A stretch of DNA of 57,371 nt, filler included, from Platydemus manokwari (taxonomy: Eukaryota), in NCBI GenBank assembly GCA_037951405.1. It is 5 parts of 5 records of this genome, joined end to end, with 100 filler letters (N's around TTAATTAATTAA, not from the genome) between each part and the next. Parts side by side here need not be neighbours in the genome. Positions count along the whole stretch, not along the records: positions 1 to 9,876 come from JBBMOY011180767.1; positions 9,977 to 23,611 come from JBBMOY011664735.1; 3 more parts are not named here. One strand, given 5' to 3'. The first letter of the stretch is position 1. The number at the start of each line of letters is the position of its first letter. A model generated the notes under the pieces. The model searched no databases. It was not told the origin of the DNA and saw nothing but the letters and a program-made list of their open reading frames with translations. A program made the position numbers and the translations under genes. Of this stretch, positions 1 through 12,645 are shown one piece after another.

Positions 1-495
1 ATATAGGCTTTAATGCATAAATAAATCAGAGATTCTCTCTTTCAATATTCCTAATATTTTTACATACTGATTCAGACGGAATAAGTTTGTAAAATCTGTC
101 TGGCTCAAAACTTCTTAATCACATATTTGAGAATTTAAAATCCTTGTTTCTTCTAATATCATTGATAGTTCTTCTTTTCAAATTTACCAGAGAAAACATC
201 TGTTCCTCTGTTATCTGAATACACGTGATAAGATTCGATGCTGTTCAAAATTTCCATTTGTTAAACAACAGTTAACTTTACACACTTTTAATTAGTCATA
301 AATAAGGTCCAATGAAAATTTTTTCATCAACGATCAATATTCGAACAACTTTATCATGTCAAAAATAAAAATAAATCATAAAAATATTATTTAAAACATG
401 CGGCTATTAACGGCACTGGCAGCTAGAAGTTTCCTATTATAATTTTTAAACTTAAAAATTTGGCGGTTAGGAGTGCCAATTCGGGAGTGGAATAC

Positions 496-517
496 TATAT
501 ATATATATATATATATA
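496..517. repeat. (TA)n microsatellite
   Basis: Direct TA dinucleotide run; it explains the IYIYIY stretches in the ORF track. Confidence 0.9.
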
Positions 518-599
518 GCATATAATATATTTAAAACAAGATTAAAATGTTTTTTTATCATTAAATTCTTGAATGAATCACAAGTAAATCTCTTTTTAG

Positions 600-3500
600 G
601 ACAAATCACAATGGAATGCTGGCAGGTGTTCACACATGGGCTCAAACGATATTCACAGAGCTTTTATAATATCATGGATACATTCTCTTTAGGACTCTAT
701 CTGGCATCGTATGCTCTGCGGTGTATTGTCGATTATAAAATTAATGAAGCCAGCGATAAGCATCGAAGTGAACTGGGATTGGCAAAGAGTTATCTCACTA
801 ATTCGAGTCAAATTAACCAATATTTCGATTATCGAAACAATCTCCTAAAATCAGATGATAGCTATTGGTTGAGAGGATGTAGGTGTTGTTTTGTATTTGA
901 TTTATATATTTTTATAAAAATATCGAATAAAAAGCTGACGCATTGGTATAAAGATTTCGTTCATAACCACTAAAATATATCTTATGATTCCAAGTATTTG
1001 CAGTCTGGTTACATTTTCATAATAATAAGGCCTTTTAAATGAATTTAATAACATATCTGTGAATTATATTTTATATTTGGTAGATCCTAAAACGGTTGGA
1101 GCATCTATATTGGGTTAATAATAATAAAATGATAATAAAATTATCTAGACAACAGTGAAATGTCATACGTCCATATCCCGTACGAACTGTATAATTTTAA
1201 AATAAATTTTATAAAAATAAATTCATTTTCTACTTAATTTGCCGATGATATACCAAAAAATATAGTGTCATGATATTTGGATTAATTAAAACTCAATTAA
1301 TATCATGCTGATCGATAATCCATTCACTATAGATTACTAATACTTTATTTCATTGGATATCAGTGAAAACTTTGAATTATTATCTTCTTGAATTTTGTAA
1401 TGCCTATAAATGATGTCGCTACATTTGATTGGCTGAAATAATTGTTGAAATATATAAATATAAATATCTGATATCAATTCACGCTTAATGACACATTGAG
1501 AGATGATCGAATGATATCTATGTGAATGCTGATAATTTATATTCGGGTGTACTTTACTTATTAAAACTTGTGACAAAAATAGTTTATATTTATATATAGA
1601 TGATTTTATATTACACTTTTGATTATACTTAGCTTTCACGGTTTTTTTTAATCTAATTATTTAATTAAATATCGATTAAAAATCACTGCTTATTAATAAT
1701 CGTAAAACAAAGTGATATTTTGCTGTTGAACAATAGATTTCTGGTATCATTTACTTGGTGATATCCATATCACTTCACTGTATCATTAGTTCGATTAGCT
1801 GATGACAACCCAAACCATTTTGAATGGTGTCAAAGATTTCTTCGTCTTTAGATTTGTCATCAGAATTTAGGCATTAAGTCTACCATGTTCTATAAAACAA
1901 ATAAAGTGGCATTAACCAAATTCGGCCCCACTCACTGTTTTATATGTACGTATATAACAGTGCGTATAAGTAGCCAATTTTCTCCAAATACTCTCTTCCT
2001 GATTTGTTGATAAGTTGATAGGAATCTACAATATTTACCAAGCTCTATTGTGAGTACAAGAAAAGCTGAGCTGAGCAATGTTTACCGTTTTATTATTGAA
2101 TTAATATAGTCAAATAGTTTGCAAAACAACTTTTGATGATGCCGCCGCTATCATTGTCGATTGTAGCCACATTATTTAAATAAAAAGTAAAAATAATGAA
2201 TTGGTATCACCAATCATCGTCATTTGAATCAGTTAATAGTAATCTAATGATATTAACATTTATAATTATTTCGAGAGTGATTAGTAGGAATATAAACAAA
2301 AACTGTCCCAAAACAAATATCAGCCATTAACGATATATCGGACAATAATACATGTTTAGTGGGTTTTGAGTTCCTCCACTCAACAATGGCCCGGTTCTGA
2401 AACTGATGACAATTTAAGGAAGAAAGTGTTTGAAAAATGATAAAATCTCATTCAATCGTGTTGCTGAAAAATCTCAAATTTTCGTCCGATAAAATTCAAA
2501 TGAAATCATATTATTTCCCCCAAACGAAAATCACAGCTCTCAATGAAAGCCCATTATTCCCGTATAATCAGTTCGAAATCATTTTTATAATTATTTATTT
2601 CATAGCCAAATATAATTAAAATTCCCTGTATTCTATACGACATATCGATTTAATCTTTTACCGCTCTTTTGAAAAAAAATTCATTAATTGCTTTCAGCTG
2701 AAAAAAATCAATGGCTGAATCAGCTGCTATTCTTATAATTTGTATTGTTCCATTTTTAATTCGTATTATTATTATTCACTTTGTTCATTTACTCCAGTTG
2801 AGAAAAACAGTTGAGTGAAAAATAAATACAATTATTTTTCCAGGAATCATGAATATGAAATTTTATTTTCTTGTTTATATTTTGTCGTTGTGATCATACA
2901 GGTGAATTGTTTTACTGCACCCAATAGAAAGAAATAATATAGTTGGGTCGAGTTTTGATAATTATTAAGGGGTCAAAATATAAAAAAAAATAATAAATAA
3001 ATAAAATTTACCTTTTAGTAAATATTAGTCCTATTTCGGCCTTCCATGGGCATCATCAGTGTTTCGGAAAAGAGACAGATAGGACAAAAAGAAATTTAGA
3101 AAGCAGCTATCAATTTGTATAATTATTTAGAATCCAATTCTTCAAGTAATCCAGAACCCAAGATTACTGTATTATGGCTAAAAATTCACGCACACTTCGA
3201 CTGGATTTTAAAGCGCTGACAGGCAATAAATTTTGACGGCATTATTGACGTCAGGACAAACTCCGTCAGAATACGAAATCTGAAAGAAATAAAATTCATA
3301 ATGAGTTACAGATTGAGCTGCAATTATGATAGATGGTCACGGCTAAATGAGCTAATTAATTAAAAATAATTATTATATTATAATAAATTATAATAAATTA
3401 TAAATATTATATAAAATACATATTATCATTTATTATAAATAGTTGAAGAATATTAGATAAAATTGCATAAAAGTTTTGGTTAAATTCACTATGGAGTAGG

Positions 3501-6500
3501 TATGTTGGAAAGGTTTTATTTCACATTATGTTTTCAAATTTTAGGGTGCCAAATTCCGTACTCACCAGGCTATCCCTTTTGAAAAGATTCCGTGTTTTAA
3601 ATTTATTGTTTTATTCAAATAAACATCCTTATTTCATTTTGTTTTAAGTATGTACCCATTTAGTTATATTTAGCACATATATAACATAATCGTTTACTTT
3701 ATCTAGAATGATGTTAGCTCGATAGTGTTGGTGATTTATATAATTAGCATGTATGAAACAAAGGTTTTAAAAAGGCATGAAAAATTATAAAATGTTGACA
3801 GAAAAAGTAATATGAAAATCTATTTATTGGACCAATATTACTCGGTTCATATTGAGATTCTTAATATATCTGACTCCGTCACTAATTCAGAGCTACGTTT
3901 ATTTATACCAATCCATACCGGTAGAACATTTGATTTGTTGAGTGATACTAAATCTTGTAAAAGAAAATCGGATTTGCAACTCGGAAACCCTCGTCTAAGC
4001 ACTTAAAAAATTGCATCCCTACACAACCATACAGAGATGTAAATCAAACAATCACAGCGGAGTTGAGTGGAAAATGATAATTGAAAAAATGAACATAGCC
4101 TCAAAACAACACATACTTAAGGATTGACCAATCCCACACATATAAAAACCCACAAACCCAATAGAAACATGGAAAAGCAAATATCACATCAAAATGTGAT
4201 ACAAACATAAAGAAGGCCAACTGTCAGTTAGAAGGCACGTTTTCGTAACGTGTTGAGACAATGTATTAAATTTATGATTCGTACTGAGTGGTACGCGTGT
4301 GTTTGGAAGTGAATTTTTAATCGTTAATTTGTGATAGTTAGAAAGAAAGTTACAACTTTTGATTTTTGGAGTCAGCAATAATTTGGTTGTTGAGAATCAA
4401 GGTAACAACAAATTCAATGTATTTTGATGTGACAAAATAGTAATTAATTAATTTTATTTATTAATTCCATTGTTATCACCGCAATAAATAGATTAAACTT
4501 AAATGTTGCTATGATAATAACAATAATAGCAATCATAATGATAATAATGAAAATAATAATAACAATAATAATAATATTAATATAAACAACTTCAAATAAA
4601 ATCCGAGTTATTATCCATAAGAAATCGCGCGGCGGAATAATTGTAAAATCCACTGAAAATTTCATTTTCGAATAGATAACAGCGGAGTGGAAGGAAAAAT
4701 CGAATTAAAGCTAGATTTATTTTTGATGAAATTTTATTTTTCACATCTATTAGATATTGATATTCTTTTTGTTCATTTGAATATTTCATGGAAAATAATA
4801 TTTTTTTCATTTTAAAAATAAATTTAGCAGCCACAATAAGCGTCAGTAATTATCTCTGTTTTTAGATTTTTATTTTAGAGATCACTGAAAAGTAATTTGG
4901 CACTTATTATTATTAATAATATTAAATTCATAAGAACTCTTAGACATAATGAGAACTTTCAGAAAATTGAACCATCGATTGAATTATATACTTAAATATC
5001 AAGAATTTTCAATATTATTCAACGAAAATGATTAATTTCAATAAAACTTTCCCACAATACGTATTCCATCAAACAGAAGACCTGCCTTGTCAGTTAGATA
5101 TCTAGACTTCACTCACGAATTTAGTCGATTGATAAATATATCTCATTTAATGTTTCTGTTTTCTGTCGATCCTAATTCCCATTACCATTTGGCTGATTGA
5201 AAATATTTATTACTTTCAAGAATTAAGATTTTATTTCATTGCACATCTATTGAGAGAGTGTATTTGAAATTCATTATAAACAATAGTAGATGACAGAACC
5301 AATTTGGAAATAAAATAGCCATTCTTCATTTGTGCTATAGGATTGCAACGAAAGTTTTGCCCGATAGAAAATAATATTTATTTAACCAATAAAGACAATA
5401 TGTAAAATGGAAATATAAACAAAACATCGATCGTCTGTAAATCTAAAAAATTCAATGTTGTATGAAAAAATGTTTTGTTTAAAAGCATTATTATATCCTT
5501 TTTTAAATGTTTAATTTCTATCATATAATTAAATAATTGTTTTAGAGTGCTATCATTTAAAAACATTATTTTATGGCATATGATGGAGTTTGAGCGAAGC
5601 GACTTGAAAGAGATGACGCATTTTTTGAGGAAAGATAGAATGAATTCAACAGCAATTGAGAAGAAGATTAAATCCGTGCTTGGCACCGTTACTATTTGCG
5701 AGAACATAAACACAGAAATTTACTGCACTCAACTGCACAAACTCGTAGATGCGATTTCAGAAAAGAAGCGCGAGTTGTGTGGAAACAGTTTTAAAAAATT
5801 CCATTTCCTTTAGGACAACGCTAGACCACATACGGCACGTTTAACTCAAAATAAGCTTGCTGAGATTGTTTTTACAGTAATACCGCATCCACCATACTCC
5901 CGAGACCTTGCCCCTTCATACTATTACCTGTTTTCTCCTATGGAAAACACACTTCGTGGGAAAACGTATCACTCTGCTAAAGAGATTAACGATGATTTGG
6001 AAAAGTGGTTCGTTTCAAAAACTGCAAAATTCTATGAAAAGGGAACAAAACAACTTCCAGAACGCTGACAAAACTATTTTCAAAATTTCCAATTTACAGG
6101 CGAATGATGTTTTGTTTATATTTCTCAATTTACATATCTTTCTTTATTAGTTTAATAAATATTATTTTCTATAGGACAAAAATATCGTTCCAATCCTATA
6201 TTATAATCGTTAACATTGGAGATAGATGTCTGATTATCAGTTGAAATGTGCAAAATCAGTAATACGATAAACAATTAATCCTCATTTTCCGCGACTAGGC
6301 GTTGGTCCAACATCGTAAGGATAAAGATATTCGGTGAATTTTTTGATTGGGTGGAAGAAAGCTCATAAAAACAAATGTAAATAAAAATATTCAACCAAGT
6401 TACAAAAATATCAAAATTTATTCCTTTAAAAGTATATTTTAATGAAAATTTCTTGCTCGAAACAAATCTAAGCTAAAGGCAAATTGACATTGAAAATTAC

Positions 6501-8835
6501 TTGCTTGACAACTCCATGATTTTAGCTGTTTTTCACGCGAAAACTTTTGTCCATCGTTTTTCATAGCCGTTGGCGTGAGTTTTGTATTTGTAATGATTTC
6601 TTTTCTATTATTTCCCCGAATGATATCTTGTCCGAAATTATTGCTCAGTCATTATTCAAATTTGGATGAAAAACATAGATCGGAATTTAATTATAAACTG
6701 AAATCAATATTTGAAATTTTATCGATCGAACTCTATAAATGCAGAGAATTTCTAAAATCTGTGCTTGTTAGTTGGGAACTTTTACAATTTGAACGCAATG
6801 TATTATTTCACAGATTTAGAAATACAAATACAAACGAAAAATAACTGATCGGGAAAATCAACGAAAATGTTGAACACTATTTTCCATTATTTGAGCTCAG
6901 TCGACTATTGAAAATGTTTAATTTTCATTTGCATGCGATAATCGTACAGCGCAAATTTCCCCAATCATGCGAAATTTTATTATCGACAACTCGAGCATCA
7001 AATCGATATCTGATTTTAGAAAATCACGATTAAAACAATGAGCGAAAGTAGGAAAATTCAAATAATAATTTTGATTTATAATCATCATCAGCATTATTTA
7101 TGTTTTATTGAAAACGTTCCAGCATTGTGATCATTGTGATGAATCTTGACTGATTATCTAATTGGCATCGTAATGTAATTACTAATCAATAAGGTGGGTA
7201 TTGTTAATGCATGACAATTACAGAGGATCTCAACAGTATCGACTCAATATATTCTGTCTCTCGATCGAATCGACGCCACTCGCACTATTCATAAAGATCT
7301 TAATCATTAACTGCTTTGTATAGAGTATTTGTGTGGCTATTTATTAGAGTATTCCGTAAGTAAACTCGCATCAATTTATTTTTTTAATTGTATGCATATA
7401 TTAAAAATTCGTGATTTCGTTATTAATTATCTTATCGATGATATTACTTGCTGACAATTACTTACTCTGTGTGCGCATACGCGGAAAATCGGCGCGCAAG
7501 GTTGCAAAATGTCTACTCACTCATAAGGGAAAAGTCAGTGGATAAAATTTTTTTACTGAGAACAAAGTACTGGCTCAATGTCAAAAATTTTGTTTGAATT
7601 TTTGTTTTGAGAATGGAATTTTAATTTCTTTAATAACGAGCAGTAAAATAATTTAAAATTACATGCCCAAAGAAACTTGAACTGAAAATCTGTGAAGATT
7701 TTTGTAGCAACTTGTGCAACTTGCTTTTAAAAGCCTTAGAATATTCTGATTTGGCATGGTTGTTGTACATTGCTGGGACATTTATGACATTATTTGAAGA
7801 CTGTGAAAATGGATTTAGTTTAATGAATTCCATTAAAACCAAGCAAAGAAATAGAATGGGTGATGTTCATCTGGATATGATTGGAAGAATTAAGAGCTAT
7901 ATCCAAAGTAATAGTGTGGTTGATTTAGATTGTGTGTACAAAGCATGGGTACAGACAAAAGAAAGAAGAGAGAAGAATTAAAATGTCTGTACACAATTGA
8001 CACAAACAAAAAGTAGAATGTACAATTTATTTGCTTTAAGCAATTGTTTTATTGTAGCTTATAGTATTATCGTGCATAGTATAACAGTTTATTGTATTCC
8101 TACTAATAGTCTTGTCAAGAAATAAAGACTCTTTAAAATGAATATATTGTTTTCATGTCTTATGTTCTTTCATGTGCGCGTAATGCACACAATTAATTCC
8201 AGTTTGTCATATTTTGCAAAGCACCAAATATTGCGCACAGAGACTTGCAAAAATTAAAGGGAACATTGCTTACTGATATCGAAAACTAAGCATTAGATTA
8301 ATGAAGATAAAAACAATGTATCAAATGAAATTCCTTGTATTAATAAATGTATTGTATTGACATTATATCTAAGTAATGCTTATTTATCGAACAAATAACA
8401 ATTCTTCAATTCAAATAATCAGAAAAAGTTCTTTTACTTTACAATCCTTAATGAACTCGAGCATGGGTGTCCAATCTGTAAATCACATCTCTACAGAATC
8501 CATCATTAGCTATTAATAATATCAATGGATGAAAATAATGTGTTGAAACAAAATAATAATGGAAAAATCACCATAATCGAGATAGGGTTAATCTCGATAT
8601 ATTTCTGAATGAATTATGCTATCATTTGATCAATTCTTTAATCACTACAGGTCGCCTTTGGTGGTCTCCGTATGATCCAGAATTTGTGTCAGATTGTCTA
8701 TTCGCTGTCGCTAATGTGATGTCCTTCTCTAGAGTCACATATCTCATGCCTGCATGGGAAGTGTTAGGACCTCTTCAAATATCACTAGCTAGAATGGTAT
8801 CTGATATTATTCGGTTTATGGCGTTATTCAGTCTG
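600..8835 (+). CDS. TRPC3/6/7-like transient receptor potential channel, partial (exons 600-878 and 8651-8835; S2 to start of S5)
   Basis: Exon 1 runs tttag|GA CAA...AGA GGA T|gtaggt and exon 2 runs tacag|GT CGC...AGT CTG|gtaaaa, so the phases match (T+GT=Cys). The spliced protein ...YWLRGCRLWWSPYDPEFVSDCLFAVANVMSFSRVTYLMPAWEVLGPLQISLARMVSDIIRFM matches the TRPC S4 and S4-S5 linker motif (DP..ISE.L.A.A.V.SFSR..Y.LP....GPLQISLGR...DI.KF). The intron is 879-8650. Confidence 0.88.
3028..3085 (-). ncRNA. Type III hammerhead ribozyme motif (slightly degenerate)
   Basis: Minus strand reads GTCCTA-TC-TGTCTC-TTTTCC-GAAACA-CTGATGA-TGCC-CATGGAA-GGCC-GAAA-TAGGAC. It has an intact CUGAUGA/GAAA core, an AUC cleavage triplet, a perfect 7-bp open stem III, stem I at 5/6 bp, and stem II GCC/GGC with U in place of the usual G10.1. 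Confidence 0.7.
3960..4350 (+). repeat. Dispersed non-coding repeat, copy 1 (probable non-autonomous TE)
   Basis: Colinear with the reverse complement of 12230-12645 through shared blocks (AACCATACAG, GGATTGACCAA, ATAGAAACATG, TCAAAATGTGATA, AACTGYCAGTT, GTACTGA). Boundaries are approximate. Confidence 0.65.
5338..6198 (+). mobile_element. Internally deleted mariner-family element with ~105-bp TIRs and TA target duplication
   Basis: TA|TAGGATTGCAACG...CGTTCCAATCCTA|TA, with TIRs at 5338-5442 and 6092-6198. The transposase remnant contains FHFL*DNARPH and HPPYSRDLAPSYYYLF, and the N-terminus is fused directly to the catalytic C-half. Confidence 0.92.
7455..8268 (+). mobile_element. hAT transposon deletion derivative
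   Basis: Near-perfect 8-bp TSD (CTTGCTGA 7447-7454 and CTTACTGA 8269-8276), CAAT...ATTG termini with right end AAAGGGAACATTG, and subterminal inverted CTCTGTG(TG)CGCA. ORF 7712-7981 carries the hAT dimerization motif DCENGFSLMNSIKTKQRNRM. Confidence 0.85.
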
Positions 8836-9876
8836 GTAAAATTGCTTTTCCTTTTTTAAATAAATTACAAATATATTCGTATCAATGTATTATTGATTTA
8901 AAAATAATCTTTCGAAATACTATTATTCCCTTTAATATTTGCCTGGAATTGAGATGAAAACGTTGCCAATGATTCGATTTGAAATACTGTCAGCGATTTC
9001 TACCAAATATAACGTGGAATCTATGTGCAGTATTTAGTTTGTTCAGAATTGTTGTGCTATAATATATGTAAAACTACAAGTAATACCGATTATTCCGACA
9101 TCCCAAGCAAAAGAACAAAATTTTATTTGATAAAAATCTTTTACCGAAAAATAAAAACAAAATTAAAATAAAATAAAATAAAAATAAAGGAAAGACAAAC
9201 TAAGTTAAGGTTAATTATTTTATTTGTGATTGTATTATCGAGTTCCTCTATTTCAGTAACCTGTACTGTTTTGGGTCACAAATCCCGGTGATCAACACTG
9301 CCTGTATCATTGAATCGTGTTAAGCTTTTATATCAAATATAGCAAACATAATCTAATAACGATTGTTTTCAAAAATTTTAATGTAATGGACAAAATGTCG
9401 TTTATCGAACCGACTACTGTTTCTTTAATAATGTTTTGGTCATTTCTCCATTCGTTTTTAACATATTAAATTAAAAAAAAATGCTTAAATATTAACCATA
9501 AAACAGGCGACATTAATTCGAGGCAAAACATTAGCTGAAAAATGATCTTGGTTGTTTAATTTCTGTTTGCTCTTCCGTTGGAATCTTTGGATTCGTGTCT
9601 TCAGCTTTTTTCTGTACAATTGGCTTACTGAAAATGTTAGAGTTGTATGTTAAGTTATTTTCAATGTTGCGATCTGAAGTGAACGCATTTTACGATTCGC
9701 GGTTTTAAATATCCATTGAACAGCCCTATATACACATTTTATCAATGACAGCTTACGTGGATGTGTTTTTATTTTATCTAACAAATATTTTTAACGTTTT
9801 TTAATGTTCCAAACTACTGTATTGTGATTTTAGTTTTATATTGCCGTCATTTTGGTTTATTTATTTGTTTATTTCT

Positions 9877-9976
9877 NNNNNNNNNNNNNNNNNNNNNNNN
9901 NNNNNNNNNNNNNNNNNNNNTTAATTAATTAANNNNNNNNNNNNNNNNNNNNNNNNNNNNNNNNNNNNNNNNNNNN
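9877..9976. other. Artificial scaffold gap linker
   Basis: 44 N + TTAATTAATTAA + 44 N; stop codons in all six frames. Confidence 0.97.
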
Positions 9977-10989
9977 TATAGTCGAAATAAATAAGATTTT
10001 ATTAAATGTAATTAATAATTATACTTCTTGAGTTATGAAAATAATGAAAATAAAGTTATTCTCTTGGTAATTTTCTTTATATTTATATTTTCATTTCGTC
10101 CTTAAGTCGTGTAAGAAGTATCGATTTAGCTTTTGTTTCTTGAATCTTATTATGTTTAATGCATATGGTTTAATTTATCTCTTTTTTGCTTTATTTACTC
10201 ATGTTTTGTGAGATTAACTGTAACAAATTGATTTGATTTATCGTAGAATGTGGTTTGTTGGTTGTAAAGTCTTTATATTAGTATGGGAATTGATTATTGC
10301 AGTTCTATTTTGCCTGGGGTGAATGTATTTTTGAGGTATTTTGTGATTACAATTTTCCTACAAATCCTTATATAGATAATTTGGTTCTCGATTGATTTTA
10401 ATCACGGAAATTCTGTCCGTTGCTTTATCTTTATTGTTTTTCATTTTACATGTGTTCTTTTTAGTTGGAATATCCTTGATTGCAATTGGTAGTTATCTAA
10501 GTTAAGGATAATTTTATTTGATCACTTTTCTTTCCACCATTTTTAAATAAATCTTTAAAAGAATCTTTCTTTTGTTTATTTTAGTTTGTCTCTTCTTTTA
10601 TGTAGGTTTTGTCACACGTAAATAATTTTCATTGAATGTAAGTCAGTTGAAAATTTATTAATAATATTCCTTCAAATTTGTATGCACCTTTGGCTACCTT
10701 TCCAAGATAGATTTGGTGTCCATTTGCCAATGCCCAAATCACAGCATTTCACTATTTATTTACCTTTTCTAATAAAACATAGCTAGTTTAGCTTCGAAAA
10801 CATTTTATAGTAATGTAACATTAAAACAATAAATAATTTCCAATGATAGTAACAGATACTTGGGGTTCACTTGAATTATGAAGATATTCTGAAGAATTGG
10901 GTCATAAAATATTATTAAATAAAATTTAATCTATTATTTTCCTTTATGTCTTTGATGTACATATGATTAAATATAACCAGTAATTTTGT

Positions 10990-11600
10990 AATAAAATGAA
11001 AAATCATTATTTGTTCTACCAATAAATTTTATCGGCATAAAACACTTTTGCTGGCGTTTTCATCCAAAAACTGAAAACAGTCATTAAAGCTCATTTCCGA
11101 AATGACTTCCAATATACTTTATTTGGCTTTTATCTCCTAAATCGAGTCAAAACTATATCATCGATGGGAATTTTTGAGTTTATTGAATATGTAGAAGTTA
11201 CCAGACACTATATTAGGAGAATTTTGGAACGATATGAATTGAATTTTGTACGAATATAGTGTTCGACAGTCTTAGATGCAAATCATCTTTCCTAATGATC
11301 TGAATTTATTCACATGAAATATTTACAAAATCACTACGATCTCAAATTGTCAACAGATGATTTTGAAGTACCTCAATGTCGATTTTCTTGATGTGCAGTA
11401 CAGCAATTGATGTTTGTCGTCGTCTGAGATATGTTTGTTTTTAAACATATCCTTGATATACTTTCAACGTTTTATGCCACTCAAGAGTTCTCGTTTATCA
11501 TATAGCTTGAACACCGAACGCCTTCTTCTTTAGTGCCTACATTTTCAGTGTTTCAATGGTAAAAATGTGAACCGCATTCAATTAACTTGTTTCTCAACAA
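10990..11600 (-). mobile_element. Highly degenerate, internally deleted mariner transposase relic
   Basis: Minus-strand translation gives ETLKM...KAFG...TRTLEWHK...RQTS...LTI...IQII (HTH region) joined to SPNIVSGNFYIFNKLK...FDSI*EIK...FNDCF...KRQQKC (the SPDLAP.DF.LF.KLK C-terminus). Many stops; boundaries approximate. Confidence 0.7.
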
Positions 11601-12229
11601 AATTTCATTTTATAAAAATCTTAAAAAATTTCGTTTTGATAATAATAATTTAGCCAATAAAGATATTGAGATAAAGTTTGACACTGAAGTCATAGACAGT
11701 ACAATCAACCTAAAAAGCTATTTATAGGAATCCCAAAGTTTTTAAGAACCCAAAAAGTTTGAAATGAAAATTCTTCTTTGATTACAGTATATATAAAATA
11801 GAAATCTGATTGGAAAAAGTAAATTATAAAAATAAATATTCAAGAAATTTTAAAAAATAATTATGTCAGAATTTATGTAGTCCGAGTAATTATTGAAATT
11901 CGTAGGAATGTGATTTTTGATTTATTAAATAATAGCGTATCTAACAAAACTGAGCCGCAAATTTCTGATTACTGTTAATCTCGGACATGTAGCACTTAAA
12001 TTTCTTGATTGTTTTTTACTTTTACTTTTGAATTATATGTTATAACTTATATTTCTCACCGAAAATGTTGATTAACAATGATCAACATGGATTAAATTTG
12101 ATAAAAACGAAATAAATTAAAAACCATTTGAAAAGAAAATATTAATCATGAATGAAAAAAATGAGAAGATTATCAAATATTATTCTAATTGATGATTAAT
12201 CTATGATAAAAATAAATGAATTCTGGTTG

Positions 12230-12645
12230 ACGAAATAATTTCTGACACCAGAATGGAGGGTTACAAATTTCATTTCTATCAAACGTACTAATCAGTACAA
12301 CTCTAAAACTCAGCACAATATCTCAAAAACACAACCAAATCTTGTTTTGCAACTGGCAGTTCGTCATCTTTTCATTGGTATTTATATCCGAGACATGTGT
12401 GCGTTTTTTGTATTACGTTTATATCACATTTTGATTTGATTTTTAATTTCTCATGTTTCTATAGGAATTTTTGATTTTTGTATATGCAGGGTTGGTCAAT
12501 CCCTATGTGTGTATTGCCGTGTGGGTATGTCCCTTTTTGAAATTATTGTTTTCCATCCAAGTCAGTGGTGATTGGTTAATTACAATGCCTGTATGGTTAA
12601 AGTGCTAAAACAAGGATTCCAATGTGCAAAACCTTTTTTCTTTGG
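12230..12645 (-). repeat. Dispersed non-coding repeat, copy 2
   Basis: Diverged inverted copy of 3960-4350. Confidence 0.65.

Noticed and set aside
1795-1870. Other CTGATGA/CTGAAGA cores (1799, 1857 minus, 2403, 15051, 18453, 46808, 46851)
   Set aside because: None has a compatible stem II, GAAA and stem III arrangement.
6240-6900. Possible decayed transposase (TRRWSN motif, ORF 6575-6844)
   Set aside because: A single weak motif with no termini.
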